64,000 nucleotides of DNA from positions 225,060,001 through 225,124,000 of the forward strand of contig OZ024742.1 in NCBI GenBank assembly GCA_964016885.1. The letters run 5' to 3'. Position 1 is the stretch's first letter; each line of letters opens with the position of its first letter. The translations under genes and the position numbers were made by a program. Shown in pieces: positions 28,400-43,818 of this stretch. Source of the stretch: Eledone cirrhosa. Lineage: Eukaryota. The notes beneath the pieces are model-generated. The model had not been told where the DNA came from. It did no database searches and was given only the letters and a program-made list of their open reading frames with translations.

Positions 28400-28905
28400 A
28401 CTTGAAAACTCTGGTACAAACACTACACTTGTGACAATTACTGACACATAGTGCTGTGCCCATGGTACCATGTGACGACAAGTGCAGAGAGATCTCCAGA
28501 TATAAAGCAATGCCTGTGCCGTGAAGCTTTTATAGTGAGCAAAGGCACTGCACAAAGCCAGTCCCACTCTCTTAACCAAGATGATATTTACCAAAAAGAA
28601 GAACAAGTCAACATCATTGGATACCATCAGGGTTGCAGGTGTTATATCAGAGTTTTCCTTCTCCTAGAATTCTGCCTTGACAAAGGCTAAGGGGTCATCT
28701 CTCCCGGTGATTTTGGATGGCTATTGACTCTTAAGAGCTCCTTTGCCCTTTGACAGGTTTTGTTTTTAGTCCTGCAGGATGTCCAAAGTCACCCTCCTCA
28801 CCAAGAAACCTTGGTGGGGTTGCCAGTTTAGTCGCCAACGACCCGACCATGGGACAGGTTGTACTGGGATACATGTTACCAGTAGCACCAACTGGTGACC
28901 TGACA
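28400..28905 (-). mobile_element. Probable RTE-type LINE 5' UTR fragment
   Basis: Minus-strand motif tagcctttgtcaaggcagaattctaggagaaggaaaactc, recalled from RTE 5' UTRs; similar motif at 44403-44420. Confidence 0.45.
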
Positions 28906-28953
28906 ATATATATATATATGTATATATATACACACACAATTGCCCACGCACGT

Positions 28954-28986
<33 letters not shown>

Positions 28987-29338
28987 TTCTTTCTCTCTAT
29001 CTCTTAAACTTATATATACATACACAAACACACTCTTTCCTGTACACATGTCTTCGATCAGCACCTTTTAAAACACGACTCAACAGTTTTCCAAGAGATG
29101 GCAACCTGAATAGACCTGTTTTTGTCTAAAGATTTTTTTTTTAAATTTATTTCTGCCACAGAGCCCACTCTCCTTTATTTTTCTATTTCTTCTTTAATTT
29201 CTCATTCTATTTTCTGATAAAGTGCTAGCGTCCGAAACGTTGAGACTCTTTTCCAATTATATCAAGCGTAAAATTAATATATTTAATATATTTCTTCATT
29301 GTACTGTGTCGTTTGCTTTGTTATTTCTGTTTGTTTTT

Positions 29339-29452
<114 letters not shown>

Positions 29453-29627
29453 GAGATACATATATATACATACATACATGCATACATACATACATACATA
29501 CATACATACATGCATGCATACATGCATGCATACATACATACATACATACATACATACCTACATACATACATACATACATACATACATACATACATACATA
29601 CATACATACATGCATACATACATACAT

Positions 29628-31333
29628 AGGAGGACATCTACGGACCATTGAGGAGGAGTTTACAAATCCAGTATCCAAGATACACCTTTAGCTTCATACC
29701 CATCATTATTGGAGCTACGGGTTATATACCAACCGCTTGGACCAAAGTATGACTGAACTTGGATTTGCGGACAAAAAGCGCAGCTCCCTAATTCATAGTC
29801 TACAAATGGCTGCGATAGCTGGCACCTTCAAAATTTGCAAAACATTCTTGCGATTCAAGGGATGAGATGGATGTTAGAACTCGAAAACTTCTCAGTGTTA
29901 CTGGGAACTTTAACATCAATGGTGATGTGGATAGGCTATACTTCTCACGCAAGGAAGGTGGCCGGGGTCTAAAATCAATATTAACAACATATGAGACCCG
30001 GATAGTAACACTGAAGCAACACCTTCAACAGAGGAAAAAGGTTGGCAACCATCTTGCCCAGGTTTATGACCATGAAAAAAGAAATATCATTAGAATAGCG
30101 ACTGATCTGGAGGAGAGATATGGAATAAAGCCTGATATAAATCTCTCACCCAGAGAAATCGGAAGATAAAAAAATTGACCAATTTACAGAAAAGGTTGTG
30201 CATGGATACTTGAGGCGTAAAACACAGACCATAGAGGGGATAAACCACTCAAAAAGCCTGGCATGGAGTTCCGACAAGTTTATGACATCACACCTTGAGG
30301 GATATCTCTATGCAATACAGGAACAAGAACTCCCTACCAAATATCTGCTGCACAAAAGAGGAGGACCAGCAGCTGACAATAAATGTAGGCTATGTAAAAC
30401 AAAGATCGAGGATGTAAGCCACATTGTTGCTAGCTGCGAAAGAATGTCATCTCGCTACTACCTCCCCATGAGACACGATGGGATAGCTAGAACCATCTGG
30501 AACGCACTTCGGAAAACAAAATTAACAACAAACGAGGAAGAATATATTGAGACAGATGGCACTAAGGAATACTGGTGGAACCTGAAAATAAAAACTGCCA
30601 CCAAATTAAAGCACAACCGGCCTGATATTGTAGTTTGGGACCACACACTGAAAACGTGTTCTGTTGTGGAGATCAGCTGCCCACTTGATGTAAACGTTGT
30701 CAGAAAAATACAGGAGAAGGAGGACATCTACGGACCATTGATGAGGAGTTTACAAATCCAGTATCCAAGATACACCTTTAGCTTCATACCCATCATTATT
30801 GGTGCTACGGGTTATATACCAACCCGCTTGGACCAAAGTATGACTGAACTTGGATTTGCGGACAAAAAGCGCAGCTCCCTAATTCATAGTCTACAAATGG
30901 CTGCGATAGCTGGCACCTTCAAAATTTGCAAAACATTCTTGCGATTCAAGGGATGACAATTTCTTTTCTTTTACAACCTTGCCACCAGGAAGGTGGCCGG
31001 TCAAAAAAATATATTCGAAATTAAGAGAAAGAGACATACATACATACATACATACATACATACATACATGCATACATGCATACATACATACATACATACA
31101 TACATACATGCATGCATGCATACATACATACATACATACATACATACATACATACATACATAGCGCAGCTCCCTAATTCATAGTCTACAAATGGCTGCGA
31201 TAGCTGGCACCTTCAAAATTTGCAAAACATTCTTGCGATTCAAGGGATGACAATTTCTTTTCTTTTACAACCTTGCCACCAGGAAGGTGGCCGGTCAAAA
31301 AAATATACTCGAAATTAAGAGAAAGAGAAAATA
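29628..31333 (+). mobile_element. R4/Dong-clade (RLE-type) LINE: three tandem 3' fragments within (CATA)n
   Basis: RLYFSRKEGGRGL, AIQEQ, CRLC..E...H....C zinc knuckle, RHD, NRPDIV..VEISCP..K, PIIIGATG; fragments 29628-29865, 29866-31034, 31162-31333. Confidence 0.9.
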
Positions 31334-31870
31334 ACATACATACATACATACATACATACATACATACATACATACATACATGCATACATGCATACATACA
31401 TGCATACATGCATACATACATACATACATACATACATACATACATACATACATACATACATACATACATACATACATACATGCATGCATACATGCATACA
31501 TACATGCATACATACATACATACATACATACATACATACATACATACATACATGCATGCATACATACATACATGCATGCATACATGCATGCATACGTACG
31601 TACGTACATACATACATACATACATACATACATACATACATACATACATACATACATACATACATGCATGCATGCATGCATACATACATACATACATACA
31701 TACATACATACATACATACATACATACATACATGCATACATACATGCATACATGCATGCATACATACATACATACATACATACATACATACATACATACA
31801 TACGTACGTACATACATACATACATACATACATACATACATACATACATACATACATACATACATACATA
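31334..31870. repeat. (CATA)n/(CATG) tetranucleotide array
   Basis: Direct inspection. Confidence 0.97.
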
Positions 31871-32278
31871 AATGCCATCCCTTAACCTTTTTCTCATACA
31901 TGGGTTGCACGATCACGACCTATTAGCCCCGCCAAGGATCAAGGTTCCATTCTCCATATGCTGCATGCTCACACAACACACGTGAAAGTCATTTAGATCA
32001 AGTGATACCTGAGCTTGAAACCTATTTAAGTGAAGTAAGGCCTTGCATTGGACCAATCCCACTCTCTAAAGAACAGTGACAGACATCCAAACAGAAGAAC
32101 TGGTCAACAGGTTTTACATGAAAGTTTTAACTCTCCTAGAATAATATCCTAACAAGAACTATCACTCCCGGTGGGCTAACCGCGCGCTCGGGCACCAAAA
32201 CAAGTATTTCCATGTCCCCGCGAATACATACATACATACATACATACATACATACATACATACATACATACATACATG

Positions 32279-32347
<69 letters not shown>

Positions 32348-32702
32348 CTGTGTAAACTTATACATATGTGTATGTGTTTGGTTTGTGTGTGTATGTACCG
32401 TTAGGTAATTGTCGAGACAGTCGGAATGGAAGGTATGTGTTACAAGCGATGTCACCCCCAACCCCACCCCCCGCCTCAATCAGTCAACACTTGTGTCTTT
32501 ACATTTAATTCTTGTCTACTTTGGCTCCTTCCAACACACAAATATCCCTCTCATCTACAAAATTTGCTAATAGTTCTTCTTTCTTCTATTTTTCTCTTTT
32601 TGGCTTTCTCTTCATTTCATTTCATTTCCCTTTTTTCTTCTCTTTTTCATCTCTTCTCTCTTTCTCTCTATCTATCTATCCATCTCTATATATATATATA
32701 TG

Positions 32703-32761
<59 letters not shown>

Positions 32762-33124
32762 TTATAAATAATATATATATAATATATGTATGTATATGAA
32801 TATATATATATATATATATATATATACATTTGTGTATATTTATGCATGTATATGTATATGTGTATGTATGCATGTGTGTGGTTGTCACTCAAACTCTCTC
32901 TCTCTCGCACACTCTCTCTCGCGCGCGCTCTCTCTTCTTCTCTCTCACACCCACCATTCTCTTTCCATTACTATCTCTCTCATCCCTCACTCTTCTTTCT
33001 TCCATTTTGGTCTTATTCCTTCCCCTCTATTTGTCGGTATCTACTTGCTTCTTTTGTCTATATTCATGTCTGCCTTATGTTTACATATATAGCTCTCTAG
33101 AAATCTATCTATCTATATATCTAT

Positions 33125-33733
33125 TGAAACCGTCCTGCACGCAATTGTACACTGCCCGGGTGTAACCGACCTGTGGAACTACTCAGAACAACTGCTGTCG
33201 CGTATGGGACAAATCCAGTTGACTGCCGAGTCCATAGTAAGGATCAAAACAACCAGCCTCTTTCAAAAACGAAAGAGAGGCGGTTTTCCTCTGTATAGTG
33301 GCTATTGTGAAAGAGGTTATATGGTGGACGAGATTGAGACGACTGAGAACAGATGCCTTTCTCTCCGGACAATTGGTCCCTTCTTTAAGTATCACTTTAG
33401 AAGGAGAATCAGAGTGGAGAGAGAGGCACTGCACCCCAGTAAATTTACTGAAAGATGGGTGAATGTGGCAAAAATGACCCGAGTGAATGGGCCTTCTCTG
33501 TTTATAAGCCTGTAGGTTAAAGAAGAGAGCAAAAGGAAGAAAGGAGCACTTGCACAACACGCTCCTGAAGTTGAGGGTTGTTCTATCGACGAGGTATTAA
33601 ACAACCCATTTGTGGCGCTTCCCCCCTATTGGGGATTTCGATTGTTTTATATTTTTTACACGACTGTATGTAAAATCCCCGGCATGTCTTTGTATTGTCC
33701 CCTTTTCTTGTGCGCCCTTGTGACAAATAAAGA
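33125..33733 (+). mobile_element. Tx1-clade LINE 3' fragment
   Basis: FFKYHFRRRIRVEREALHPSKFTERWVNVAKM matches the end of the 24.3-27.9 kb element; ends aataaagaa. Confidence 0.85.
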
Positions 33734-33853
33734 AATCTACCTATTCATTTATTTATCTAATATCTATCTATCTAACTATTTATTTATCCATTTATTTATC
33801 TATCCATCTGTCTCTCTATCTATCTATCCATTCATTTATCTATCTGTCCATCC

Positions 33854-33908
<55 letters not shown>

Positions 33909-34539
33909 TCTCTTTCTCTCTCTCTTTCCGTATATATATGTATATATATATCTGTGTGTGTGTGTGTGTGCGTGTACGTATCATTCCCCTCCATCTCTAT
34001 ATTTCTTACGTATTCCCTTCTTGTATATGTCTCCTTCTTTGCTTCCTTTACCCCCCCCCCGCCTACTTTCCATTCATTTCCCCCTCTCCCCTCATGTTTC
34101 CCCACCCCTCCTTTCTTTAATTATGTTCTCCACTCTTATCTACTTTGAACTTGTTAAATCACCGTCGCTCAATGTCGCCATTATTACATGTTTTAGTTGT
34201 TTAAAAGAAATATTTGGAAGCTTTTCAAAACCTTTGTTGTCTCTTTTTTTTTCTTTCTTCATTTCTCTGTCTTTCATTCATCCCTTCTCTTATAAGACAT
34301 ATTTGAAAGAATACAAACGAAAAAATCGACTGGGTAAATTATTTGGAATTTTACAGACGTCGGATTGGTTAAGTTGTTTGAGCGCAGAAAAACATATCTT
34401 ACTGTGTTTTTTCTGGCTCTACGTTCTTTGAGCTCAAATCTTCCTGAAACTTGTCCACGTTTTTCTGTCACGGGAGGGAGTTTACTTGATTTTTTTTCAG
34501 ATATTATTTGTAATAATTGACTAGTCATTTGCAGGATAG

Positions 34540-34716
34540 TGGATTGGCAGCATAGAATTATCGTCCTTTACGGTCTGAATTCAATTCACGCCGAGGTTAA
34601 CTTTGCCTTTCATCCTTACGGGGTCGATAAAATAAAGCACCAGTAATGTACTGGGATCGATTTAACCGACTTCCCCTCTCCCCAAATTACTGGCTTTGTG
34701 CCTATAGTAGAAATCA
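34540..34716 (+). mobile_element. SINE copy (Nin-domain-like family, long-tail type)
   Basis: Family core plus tail. Confidence 0.8.
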
Positions 34717-35161
34717 TTATTTAGTCATTTGCATTAAGGCGACTACTTTTCACATTTTCCAATACCTCTTAAGTCAAACAGATGTTTGTATAGATATATC
34801 AGATATATATGGATAGAATAAATAGAAAAGGCATAAATATGAAAATTGTGAGTAAAAAATTTCCCCACACCATCACACAGTCATGCACTCTATATATAGA
34901 TATTACACAATTTAAAGCAGTTGGCCATTGATGGACATACGTTCACAGAGACATATTACAAAGACTTCCAGAAAGGGTCTTGCTTACGACATCAGCATCT
35001 GTTGCAATCTGCCCGCCCACTTACGTATTCGCACACACGTACACATGTATACATATCCACGTATATATATATATGTATATATATTTATTCATATCTACGA
35101 ACATTAACATATACATCGATGCATACATTTATACATTTATGCTTAAATACATACACTGTGT

Positions 35162-35283
<122 letters not shown>

Positions 35284-35289
35284 ACATTT

Positions 35290-35322
<33 letters not shown>

Positions 35323-35348
35323 CATATACATACATACATTCATATATG

Positions 35349-35405
<57 letters not shown>

Positions 35406-35434
35406 CATTTACACACACACACACACACACACAG

Positions 35435-35499
<65 letters not shown>

Positions 35500-35922
35500 T
35501 ACATATATATGTATGTATGTACGTATGTATCTCTGTGTGTGTATAGAAATATGAGTGTATGTATGTACGTGTACGTGTATACAAAATAGTAGATATCACG
35601 TGCCCAAATATTATTTTGTTTGTGCTTGTGTTTGTGTCTCCGTCCAGTTCACATGTGATACACAGCACGTGTGTCCGTTTAAACGTTCGCCGTTCCACTA
35701 AATACAATACTTATTATTATTAGACACCATTCTTTACTGTAGTATGCTTAGCGAAGAAACCTGGAGACGCTGACACATCTGCTGTGAAGAGTCACGTCAG
35801 AATTAAGTGCTATTTCATGTCAACTCTGACGTACTTTCTCATCTGCAGGCGTCACTAATTTCTAAAGAAACATTCCGGCCTATATATGTATATATATATA
35901 TATATTATTATGTATGTATGTG

Positions 35923-35953
<31 letters not shown>

Positions 35954-35999
35954 TGTGTGTTGTGTGAGAGTGTGTGAGAGAGAGACTGTGTAAATATAA

Positions 36000-36051
<52 letters not shown>

Positions 36052-36092
36052 GATATATTAACAAATGGAAACTATATTTATAAAACCATATT

Positions 36093-36157
36093 TATTTCAT
36101 TATACATATTTCAAGGACACCAAGTTAAATTATGGTGTGCTTTCATCAGATAAAATA
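36093..36157 (-). ncRNA. Type I hammerhead ribozyme motif, family A
   Basis: Reverse complement of 6975-7039; inverted partial copy plus tail at 36258-36422. Confidence 0.8.
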
Positions 36158-36417
36158 TAATATAGAGCAGTTTTATAAATAAATATTGACATACCCTTAA
36201 AGAATGCGACCATTTCTGTTGGAAGCTCCCGGATAGTCTTTGAAATATGTATAATATCTTGGTGTCCTTGAAATATGTATAATGAAATAAATATGGTTTT
36301 ATAAATATAGTTTCCATTTGTTAATATATCGTATTTTTACTCAAATAATTTGTTGAGTGCTTTATATCAGTTATAAAAATATTTGCTTGTTGTATCCCAA
36401 CAATTTAAATAGAACTT

Positions 36418-36501
<84 letters not shown>

Positions 36502-36516
36502 TATATATATATATAT

Positions 36517-36799
36517 ATAGTGTATCCCCGGTATTCGCGGTCGGTCCTGATTATTCTCGGAATTTTCCTTAGAACCTAACCGCGTATTCGCGAAATCATA
36601 AATATCTTCCGCGATTCTTTATGTCTTTTTTCGTGACAATATATATGTTTTCACGCTTTATGACGCTAAATTATTAATAACAATATACCGAATTTGCCGG
36701 CCTATATTTTACGTTATGTTTTAACGTTTATAAGCATTTTTATGGACCACGTCCGGTATTCGCGGTTTTCCATTAGTCGCTGGTGCTTTAGGACAACTG
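36517..36799. mobile_element. Possible Tc1/mariner (Tigger-like) MITE in (TA)n
   Basis: Begins tagtgtatccccggtattcgcgg, internal tattcgcg repeats, ends caactg followed by TA. Confidence 0.45.
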
Positions 36800-37031
36800 T
36801 ATATATATATATTTCGTTTCTGAATTTGTTTAGCAAGATTCGTTATCTGAAAACGTGTGTTGAAACCGATATTGTTATACTTTGGGAGGGTCATGTTGCC
36901 AATAAGAAACACACGCACCAGTTGCTTTCACTTCAATTTATTATAATTAAATTTATAAATTTAGGAATTTATAAATTTCCGGTTGGTTGGTTGGTTGGTT
37001 GGTTCCACAACCAGACGATTGTTCATATATT

Positions 37032-37074
37032 GTCAAAGTTCTTTCGTCACACATTCTGTGACCTCTTCAGTGAC
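37032..37074 (-). ncRNA. Minimal type I hammerhead ribozyme within a 257-bp inverted-repeat element (36869-37125)
   Basis: Minus: gtca CTGAAGA g gtcaca gaatg tgtgac GAAA gaac TT tgac. Confidence 0.82.
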
Positions 37075-37117
37075 TGGGGATTCTATTCTTATTGGCAACA
37101 TGACCCTCCCAAAGTAT

Positions 37118-37285
<168 letters not shown>

Positions 37286-37619
37286 CCTTAATAGCAACGG
37301 TTGCGTGAATGAGTTCTCAGTACCTTAATAAAGATTAATATTTTCTTCGTTAAGGTTGAATCAGAATCCTGTTACTCTGGAGTTTCACCTGTGTAATCAC
37401 CGGGTCGTTAGACAGGTACGTGTACCTTTAGCATAATTCAATACGAGACTCTAGTTGACACAACGTGTGACACAGCTGGCATTTTATATTACGGGTTCCG
37501 TTCATCCGCCTGGCTTCCAAACAGTTTCCATCTACCAAAATTCACTCACAATGCCGCTTGCCCAATATGATATGTAGTAGAATCTAACTATTTACTCTGT
37601 ATAATGTATAGCACGGAGG

Positions 37620-37905
37620 TCAGAGGGTCACTTCAGGTATTGAGAGATCACAGCTCCGATTCTATGGGCATGTGGTTAGAATGTCTCAGGAAAGAATCGC
37701 TGGACAGATTTTACGGGCAAAACAATAGGTAGAAGACCCAGGGATAGACCCGAGCAAGATGGTTGCATAACATTCATGAACTTGTTTGGTCTCGCTTGGG
37801 GATCCAACCGGATCAGTTGGAGACAGTTGCTTCTGGTAGGACCCGCTGGAAGGAGTGTTTGAGGATTCCGCCCCTACGACCCTCTCAGGAATAAGTAAAT
37901 GTAAA
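37620..37905 (+). mobile_element. RTE-clade LINE 3' end
   Basis: Translates IERSQLRFYGHVVRMSQERIAGQIL...GRRPRDRP. Confidence 0.75.
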
Positions 37906-37931
37906 ACATACAGTAAATGTAAAACAACATC

Positions 37932-38141
<210 letters not shown>

Positions 38142-38642
38142 ATATCCTAAAAAAAATTATTAAAATACCATTATTATCGTTAATCAAATTATACGTGTCA
38201 GTAATCAAGATAAACTATAGGGTTTCTCTAATGAAAACCATTAATTTATCAAAAATACAAATTTCCCAATAAAATCTTGGATTTATAAAATTAAAAAATA
38301 AAATACCTTCAATGCTATTACTACCATTATTAGCGGCATGAATCCCCATAATAAAGAAATGTATAAAGGATTTTTCTGAACAATATTTTTCTTAAACGTT
38401 TTAGTTAGAATGAGAACTCAACAAAACTCGAAAGCTTTATATTATTCTGGTGTATTTTATTCTGGATGATATTCAACAGAATATAGTTTTAATACGAAAA
38501 TATTTTATCAATGCAATGCAAAATATGATATACAGGAATCTATTTTATTAGGATATTTAATGAAATTGTATCATAGATGCCATAGGTACCATTGTGCTAC
38601 GTGTGACATATTAATTGTTCCTTTATATATTTTAATAACATG

Positions 38643-38840
<198 letters not shown>

Positions 38841-38888
38841 ACATGCACGATGTATATTATAATGGTTGATTATATTGTATTATATATT

Positions 38889-39065
38889 ATGGCAGTATCG
38901 GTAGAGGGTCGGACGCCATGCTTTCCAGCATAGTTACGTCCCTTACGATCTGAGTTCAAATCCCGCCGAGGTTGACTTTGCCTTTCATCCTTACGGGGTC
39001 GATAAAATAAAGTACCAGTAATGCACTGGGATAATTGCTGGCCTTGTGCCAAAAGTAGAAACAAT
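38889..39065 (+). mobile_element. Near full-length SINE (Nin-domain-like family)
   Basis: tggcagtatcggtagag (A-box-like), gagttcaaatcc (B box), family core, tail gccttgtgccaaaagtagaaac. Confidence 0.88.
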
Positions 39066-39105
39066 TATATATTATATTACATTATATTATATTATATTAT
39101 ATTAT

Positions 39106-40076
39106 ACTAGCAACAGTACCCAGCGTTGCCTGGGTAGGTAAAATAATATCTGCTTTGGTGAAAAGGTGTTGATCTTAGCGACTTCTTCTCGATGACTCAT
39201 CTATGGCCAGACACAGGCCATACGGGGGAGGGTGGTGATGACCTCTATCACTGAGAAACGCGGGTGACTGACGAAGGGACATGCTGGGGGAGGGAGGTAA
39301 TGACCTCCAACACTAAGCCAAATTTCCTCACGCTACTTGATTGGAAACCGATAAATTCTCAAATACACAACTAAAAGCTCAGACGACCTCAGTGGCCATC
39401 GTCTTGCCTTTGACCATCTATAAGATGTGCAATGATAGGTTCTATCGTAGTATAAAAGTCGAACCAAATAAATTGATTTATGTGTGAGGTGGAGCCGAAG
39501 TTTCGAATTTGAACGAAATCAGTTGAAAAATGTGGGAGCTAGAGCCGAAAAGGCGAAAATTTGAGCGAAAAGGTGGTATTTTCGAATATTTAAGCGGCTG
39601 CCACGCCATTCCTGAACAAAATATCCAAAAAAAAAAAAGCCACTTTAAGAGGTGAAATAATCAGATCTAGCGTAGTGTAAAATTTGAACAAAGTAGGTTG
39701 ATTAATGTGGGAGCTAGAGCCGAATTTGAGTCTAAAAGTGGTATTTTTGAATATTTAAGCGGCTGCCACGCCGTCCCTGAACAACAAATGCAAAATATAA
39801 AGCCATTATAGGATATGCAATGATAAATTATATTTTGCTTTAAAATTTGAACGAAATTGGTGGCAAAATGTGGGAGCTAGAGCCAAAAAACTTATTTTTA
39901 TCTGCAGAATGACCCCGGAATAAAAAAAAAAAAAAAAAACGATACGCTGATATATAGAAAACACTCCCCGATGACTAATCTATGAGCCTGTAAAGTTTCA
40001 TGAAAATCGGTCGTAAGATGTAGGCCCCTATAGGTAACAGACACACACACATACTTAATTTTATATATATACAGAT
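39106..40076 (+). mobile_element. Non-autonomous Helitron-like element inserted in (TTATA)n
   Basis: 5' actag..acccagcgttgcctgggt hairpin; three internal aatttgaac..atgtgggagctagagcc repeats; 3' aagtttcatgaaaatcgg..acagacacac..ttttatatatatacagat, resembling Lep1-type ends. Confidence 0.65.
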
Positions 40077-40579
40077 TATATTATATTATATTATATTATA
40101 TTATATTATATTATCGATTCAGACACTCACCACTGCAAAATAAAAACGAAAAACAAAGGGGGCTAAATTAAATGTGATTTAACGATAATTACTTTTCTGG
40201 TAGCTAATTAAAACAATTATAATTAAGATTTCCCCGTTGATTGTTTTTGTGATTTAATTATCTAGTACAACAATGAAGATATCGCCATTGCTTATCGTAG
40301 AGCGATGGTATAATTAATTAGCTTGGAAGAATGAGGCTCTTTTTGTGCAATCCTACGTTAATCTTTATTCATACATACGTGATGATACTCCAGCATGACC
40401 ATAGCCATGTTGAACGTAGGTTTAGTGGCGTGACAACAAAGCCACAATCCGATCTTTGGCGCACCACGACGGGTGCACCACGACGGGCGTACCACGACGG
40501 GCGCTCTACGACAGGCGCATGTTACTCGATCCCAAACGGATGTGTGTGGCTTTCTAGCAACACTTTGCCTAAATGTTCG

Positions 40580-42470
40580 GGAGCAGCGAAGAGCCGGATT
40601 GTGTGATGGACTTCATTACCTACCTCGACGGCCTACCGAGGCTCTCAATGACGGAGGCGGAGCGTTGCGAAAAGTCAATGACAGCTACTGAAATACGGAG
40701 GCATGACTAATTGCACGAGGGATAAATCGGTTTGGATGGTCTGCCCTACGAACTTTACGTTTATATGCCAGGCTTGTTCGGTGACCTCATGGCAGACGTC
40801 GTCTGCAACTGGCAACAGAATGGGAGAATTCCCAGTTCTGTGAGCCGAGAAACAGTGGCACTCCTGAGAAAAGATCCAAACAAAAAGGATTATATTAATT
40901 TTAGGCCCATAACTCTACTGAATACAGAGTTCCAAATTTTTGCCAAGGTGTTAGAGACGAGGTTCGCGTTTGTGATCCGTAGTCTGGTAGGGTGTCGCAG
41001 ACATGTGCAATTCCGAAGAGATCCACACCCACACACGACAATCTCCACCTTATGCGATACATCATAGCGAAGGTGACTAAGGAACCTAGCACGGGTGGGG
41101 CACTGATCAATTTAGATGAATCAAAAGCATTCGATAGGGTCTACTATCAATACCTGGCGATGGTCCTCAAAGTAGCCGGCCTTGGGTTGCTACTATGCAT
41201 AGTGACATATGTGGTTAGAGTGAACAGTTACCCCTTGGAACCGTTCAACATCATGCGTTCGGTCCGCCAAGGTTGTCCCCTCTCGTGCCTATTGTATGTA
41301 TTACCGGGAAATTAACCGGGAAAAGTCGGTATGCCTGCAACTCGACACCTGGAGAGGTAGGTCCATGCCGTCTAACAGTGTCGTCGGACGCTGGACAGAC
41401 GGATCGGTTAAATTGCCTGAGGTCTGGTTCGATCCAGACCTCCGAATGGACACAAACTGGGACGAAGTAACGAACAAAGTGGCCAATTTCACTCAGAAAT
41501 GGGCCGAGATGAAGCTATCCCTGAAATTTCACGCAGAGGTGGCGAACGCGTACATCGCGTCCGTCATTTACGACTGCATAACCGACGTGCCTTCTCCTAA
41601 GTACTGTCTGACTGTACGGAAGCGCCTGTTCGTTCGTTTCTTCTGGAAAGGATGCGTTCTGATAGTCAGGCGGTCCATCTGCTGTCAACACCCGCTGCTT
41701 GAAGAACTGGGAATACCGTGGCTGATGATGCGCAAACATGCGCAGAAGCTACATCTCCATTTTTTCTTAAAGGTGAATTTGTGTGGTCACCATTCACTAG
41801 ACACATGTTTCCCCAGTCCGTCTCCTTAAAGGAGCTCCTGTCCTGTGATAAGAGAGAAATTCCTGGCCTGGCAGTGCTACCGGTGAGCTTTGCTAGTTGG
41901 GAATAAACTTTACAGGCATGGAAGTGTCGTCAGTTGGGCCTGTCCAAGATGTGCACAGGGCGACGAAACCGTCCTACACGCTCTCGTCCAGTGCTCCATC
42001 ATTGCTGACCTGTGGGTTTATGTCGAACACCAATCGTCGCGTGTGGGACGAACCCGGCTATCAGCTGAGGACATTGTGAAGATCGCCCCGTCGGCTTCTT
42101 CTAGTCAGGAAGGGCAGGCTGATTTTATCTGTCTGGTAACCATGGCGAAAGAGTTTGTATGGTAGACACGTTTGGGAGGGCTGAAGACCAGCACTTTCCT
42201 CTTCGGGGAAGCCCTGATTCACTTTTTCAGGTCTCACTAGAAGAGAAAATCATAGTAGAGATGGAAGTGTTGCCTTTTAAGCAGTTTGTTGTAAGGTGAG
42301 TGAAAGAGGCGCGCATGGCCCAAGCGAATGGGCCCGCTCTGAGTGTGCGCTTGTTGATTGGAGAAAGGATACTGGGACAGGGCACTTTCTATAGAGTTCA
42401 AAGCACCCGCAGTTTTATGGGGTTTTTTCTACAAGCATCCCTCGATTGTCTCATCCCTATTAATGAATTC
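40580..42470 (+). mobile_element. Degenerate Tx1-clade LINE (RT to 3' end, internal deletions)
   Basis: DGLPYELY, FRPITLLNTEF, LDESKAFD, SVRQGCPLS, CPRC..DET..H....C. Confidence 0.9.
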
Positions 42471-42559
42471 CCTTTGGGGAATGGATACACTATATCTAAC
42501 CAATGCAACCGTCCAGGTATTCATTGCAGTGAATAGATTTCTCGCATTCAAGTTGGATT

Positions 42560-43260
42560 TTAAATTATCTTTTGCCTTTTTAAATATATCCCTCTAAACT
42601 TTTCTTTCATTTCTGCGTGCAAAATATCCTCTAACTCTATCCCCAAATATTTATAGCCACTATCTTTTGGTTCTCCCATGGCTTCTCCCATAACCCACTA
42701 CAGGCTGCTTTCTTCTCTATTTTCAGGTTGAGTACAGAGTATTTTGAAATCCCAAATTCTATAACGACATCACTGTTACATATGTGTACTGTTTTAACCA
42801 ATGAGTCTATTTGATTTTCAGGCTTCCCAAACAGTTTCAGGTCATTCATAAATAGAATAGCCCTTCCTTTCCACATTGGTAGCCTATTTTTATTTTCCTG
42901 AGTATGTTTGTTATATGTATCCGTGATATAACAAATAGTAACTGTGAGAATGAGTCCCATTGGAAGATACCTCTTTTAATTTCTACTTCTCCCAGAAAGA
43001 TATTGCTTGAATATAACTTGGTTTTCCACACAGGCATATAATTCGGCAGAAACTTTGTGATGATGTCAGCAAAACTAAACATCATATGCCTTCAATTCAG
43101 GCCATAGACATGTTTGTGTGATGTTTCTTACCTCAACACTGCCTTCTCAATAACCAGCTGATCCTTGGTACCCTGGGACCTCTTCCTACATCCTTTTTGT
43201 TCCCTTGGTAGTTTTCCTTCTTGTGACAGAAAATATCCCAATAGGAACCTTCCATTATTA
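42560..43260 (-). mobile_element. Degenerate R4/Dong-type RT fragment
   Basis: VEIKRGIFQWDSFS, LFMNDLKLF, IEFGISK. Confidence 0.7.
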
Positions 43261-43274
43261 ATATTATCTGGCAG

Positions 43275-43680
43275 TGGATTGGCAGAATCGATAGAGCTTC
43301 GGACACCCCGCTTCGCAGCATAGAGTTACGTCCCTTTATGTTCTGAGTTTAAATCCCGCCGAGTTTAACTTTACCTTTCATCCTTATGGGGCCGATAAAA
43401 TAAAGTACCAGTAATGCACTGGGATAATTGCTGGCCTTGTGCCAAAAGTAGAACAATTATTATTATTATCTGGCAATATCAATAGACGGGCGGACACCCT
43501 GCTTCACGGCATAGAGTTACGGCCCTTTACGTTCTGAGTTCAAATTCTGTCGTGGTTAGGTTTGCCTTTCATCCTTACGGGGTTGATAAAACAAAGCACC
43601 AGTAATGCACTGGGGTCAATTTAATCGACTTTCCCCTCCCCCTTCAAATTGCTGGCCTTGTACGTAAAGTAGAAACAATT
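43275..43680 (+). mobile_element. Two tandem SINE copies (Nin-domain-like family)
   Basis: Family core twice, each followed by (ATT)n. Confidence 0.85.
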
Positions 43681-43747
43681 ATTATTATTTTGGTTGTTGT
43701 TGTTATAAAGATTCTCTGCCTTATGGTTATGGTCTTGCCTATATATG

Positions 43748-43818
<71 letters not shown>

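Noticed and set aside
28780-28905. HDV-like ribozyme at the putative RTE 5' end
   Set aside because: P2/P3-like pieces are visible, but no P1 could be paired by eye.
29210-29250. HHR-like CTGATAA..CGAAACGTT; similar weak cases at 47573-47622(-) and 59105-59145(-)
   Set aside because: Core or helix I defective; counted only as degenerate relics and not listed as features.
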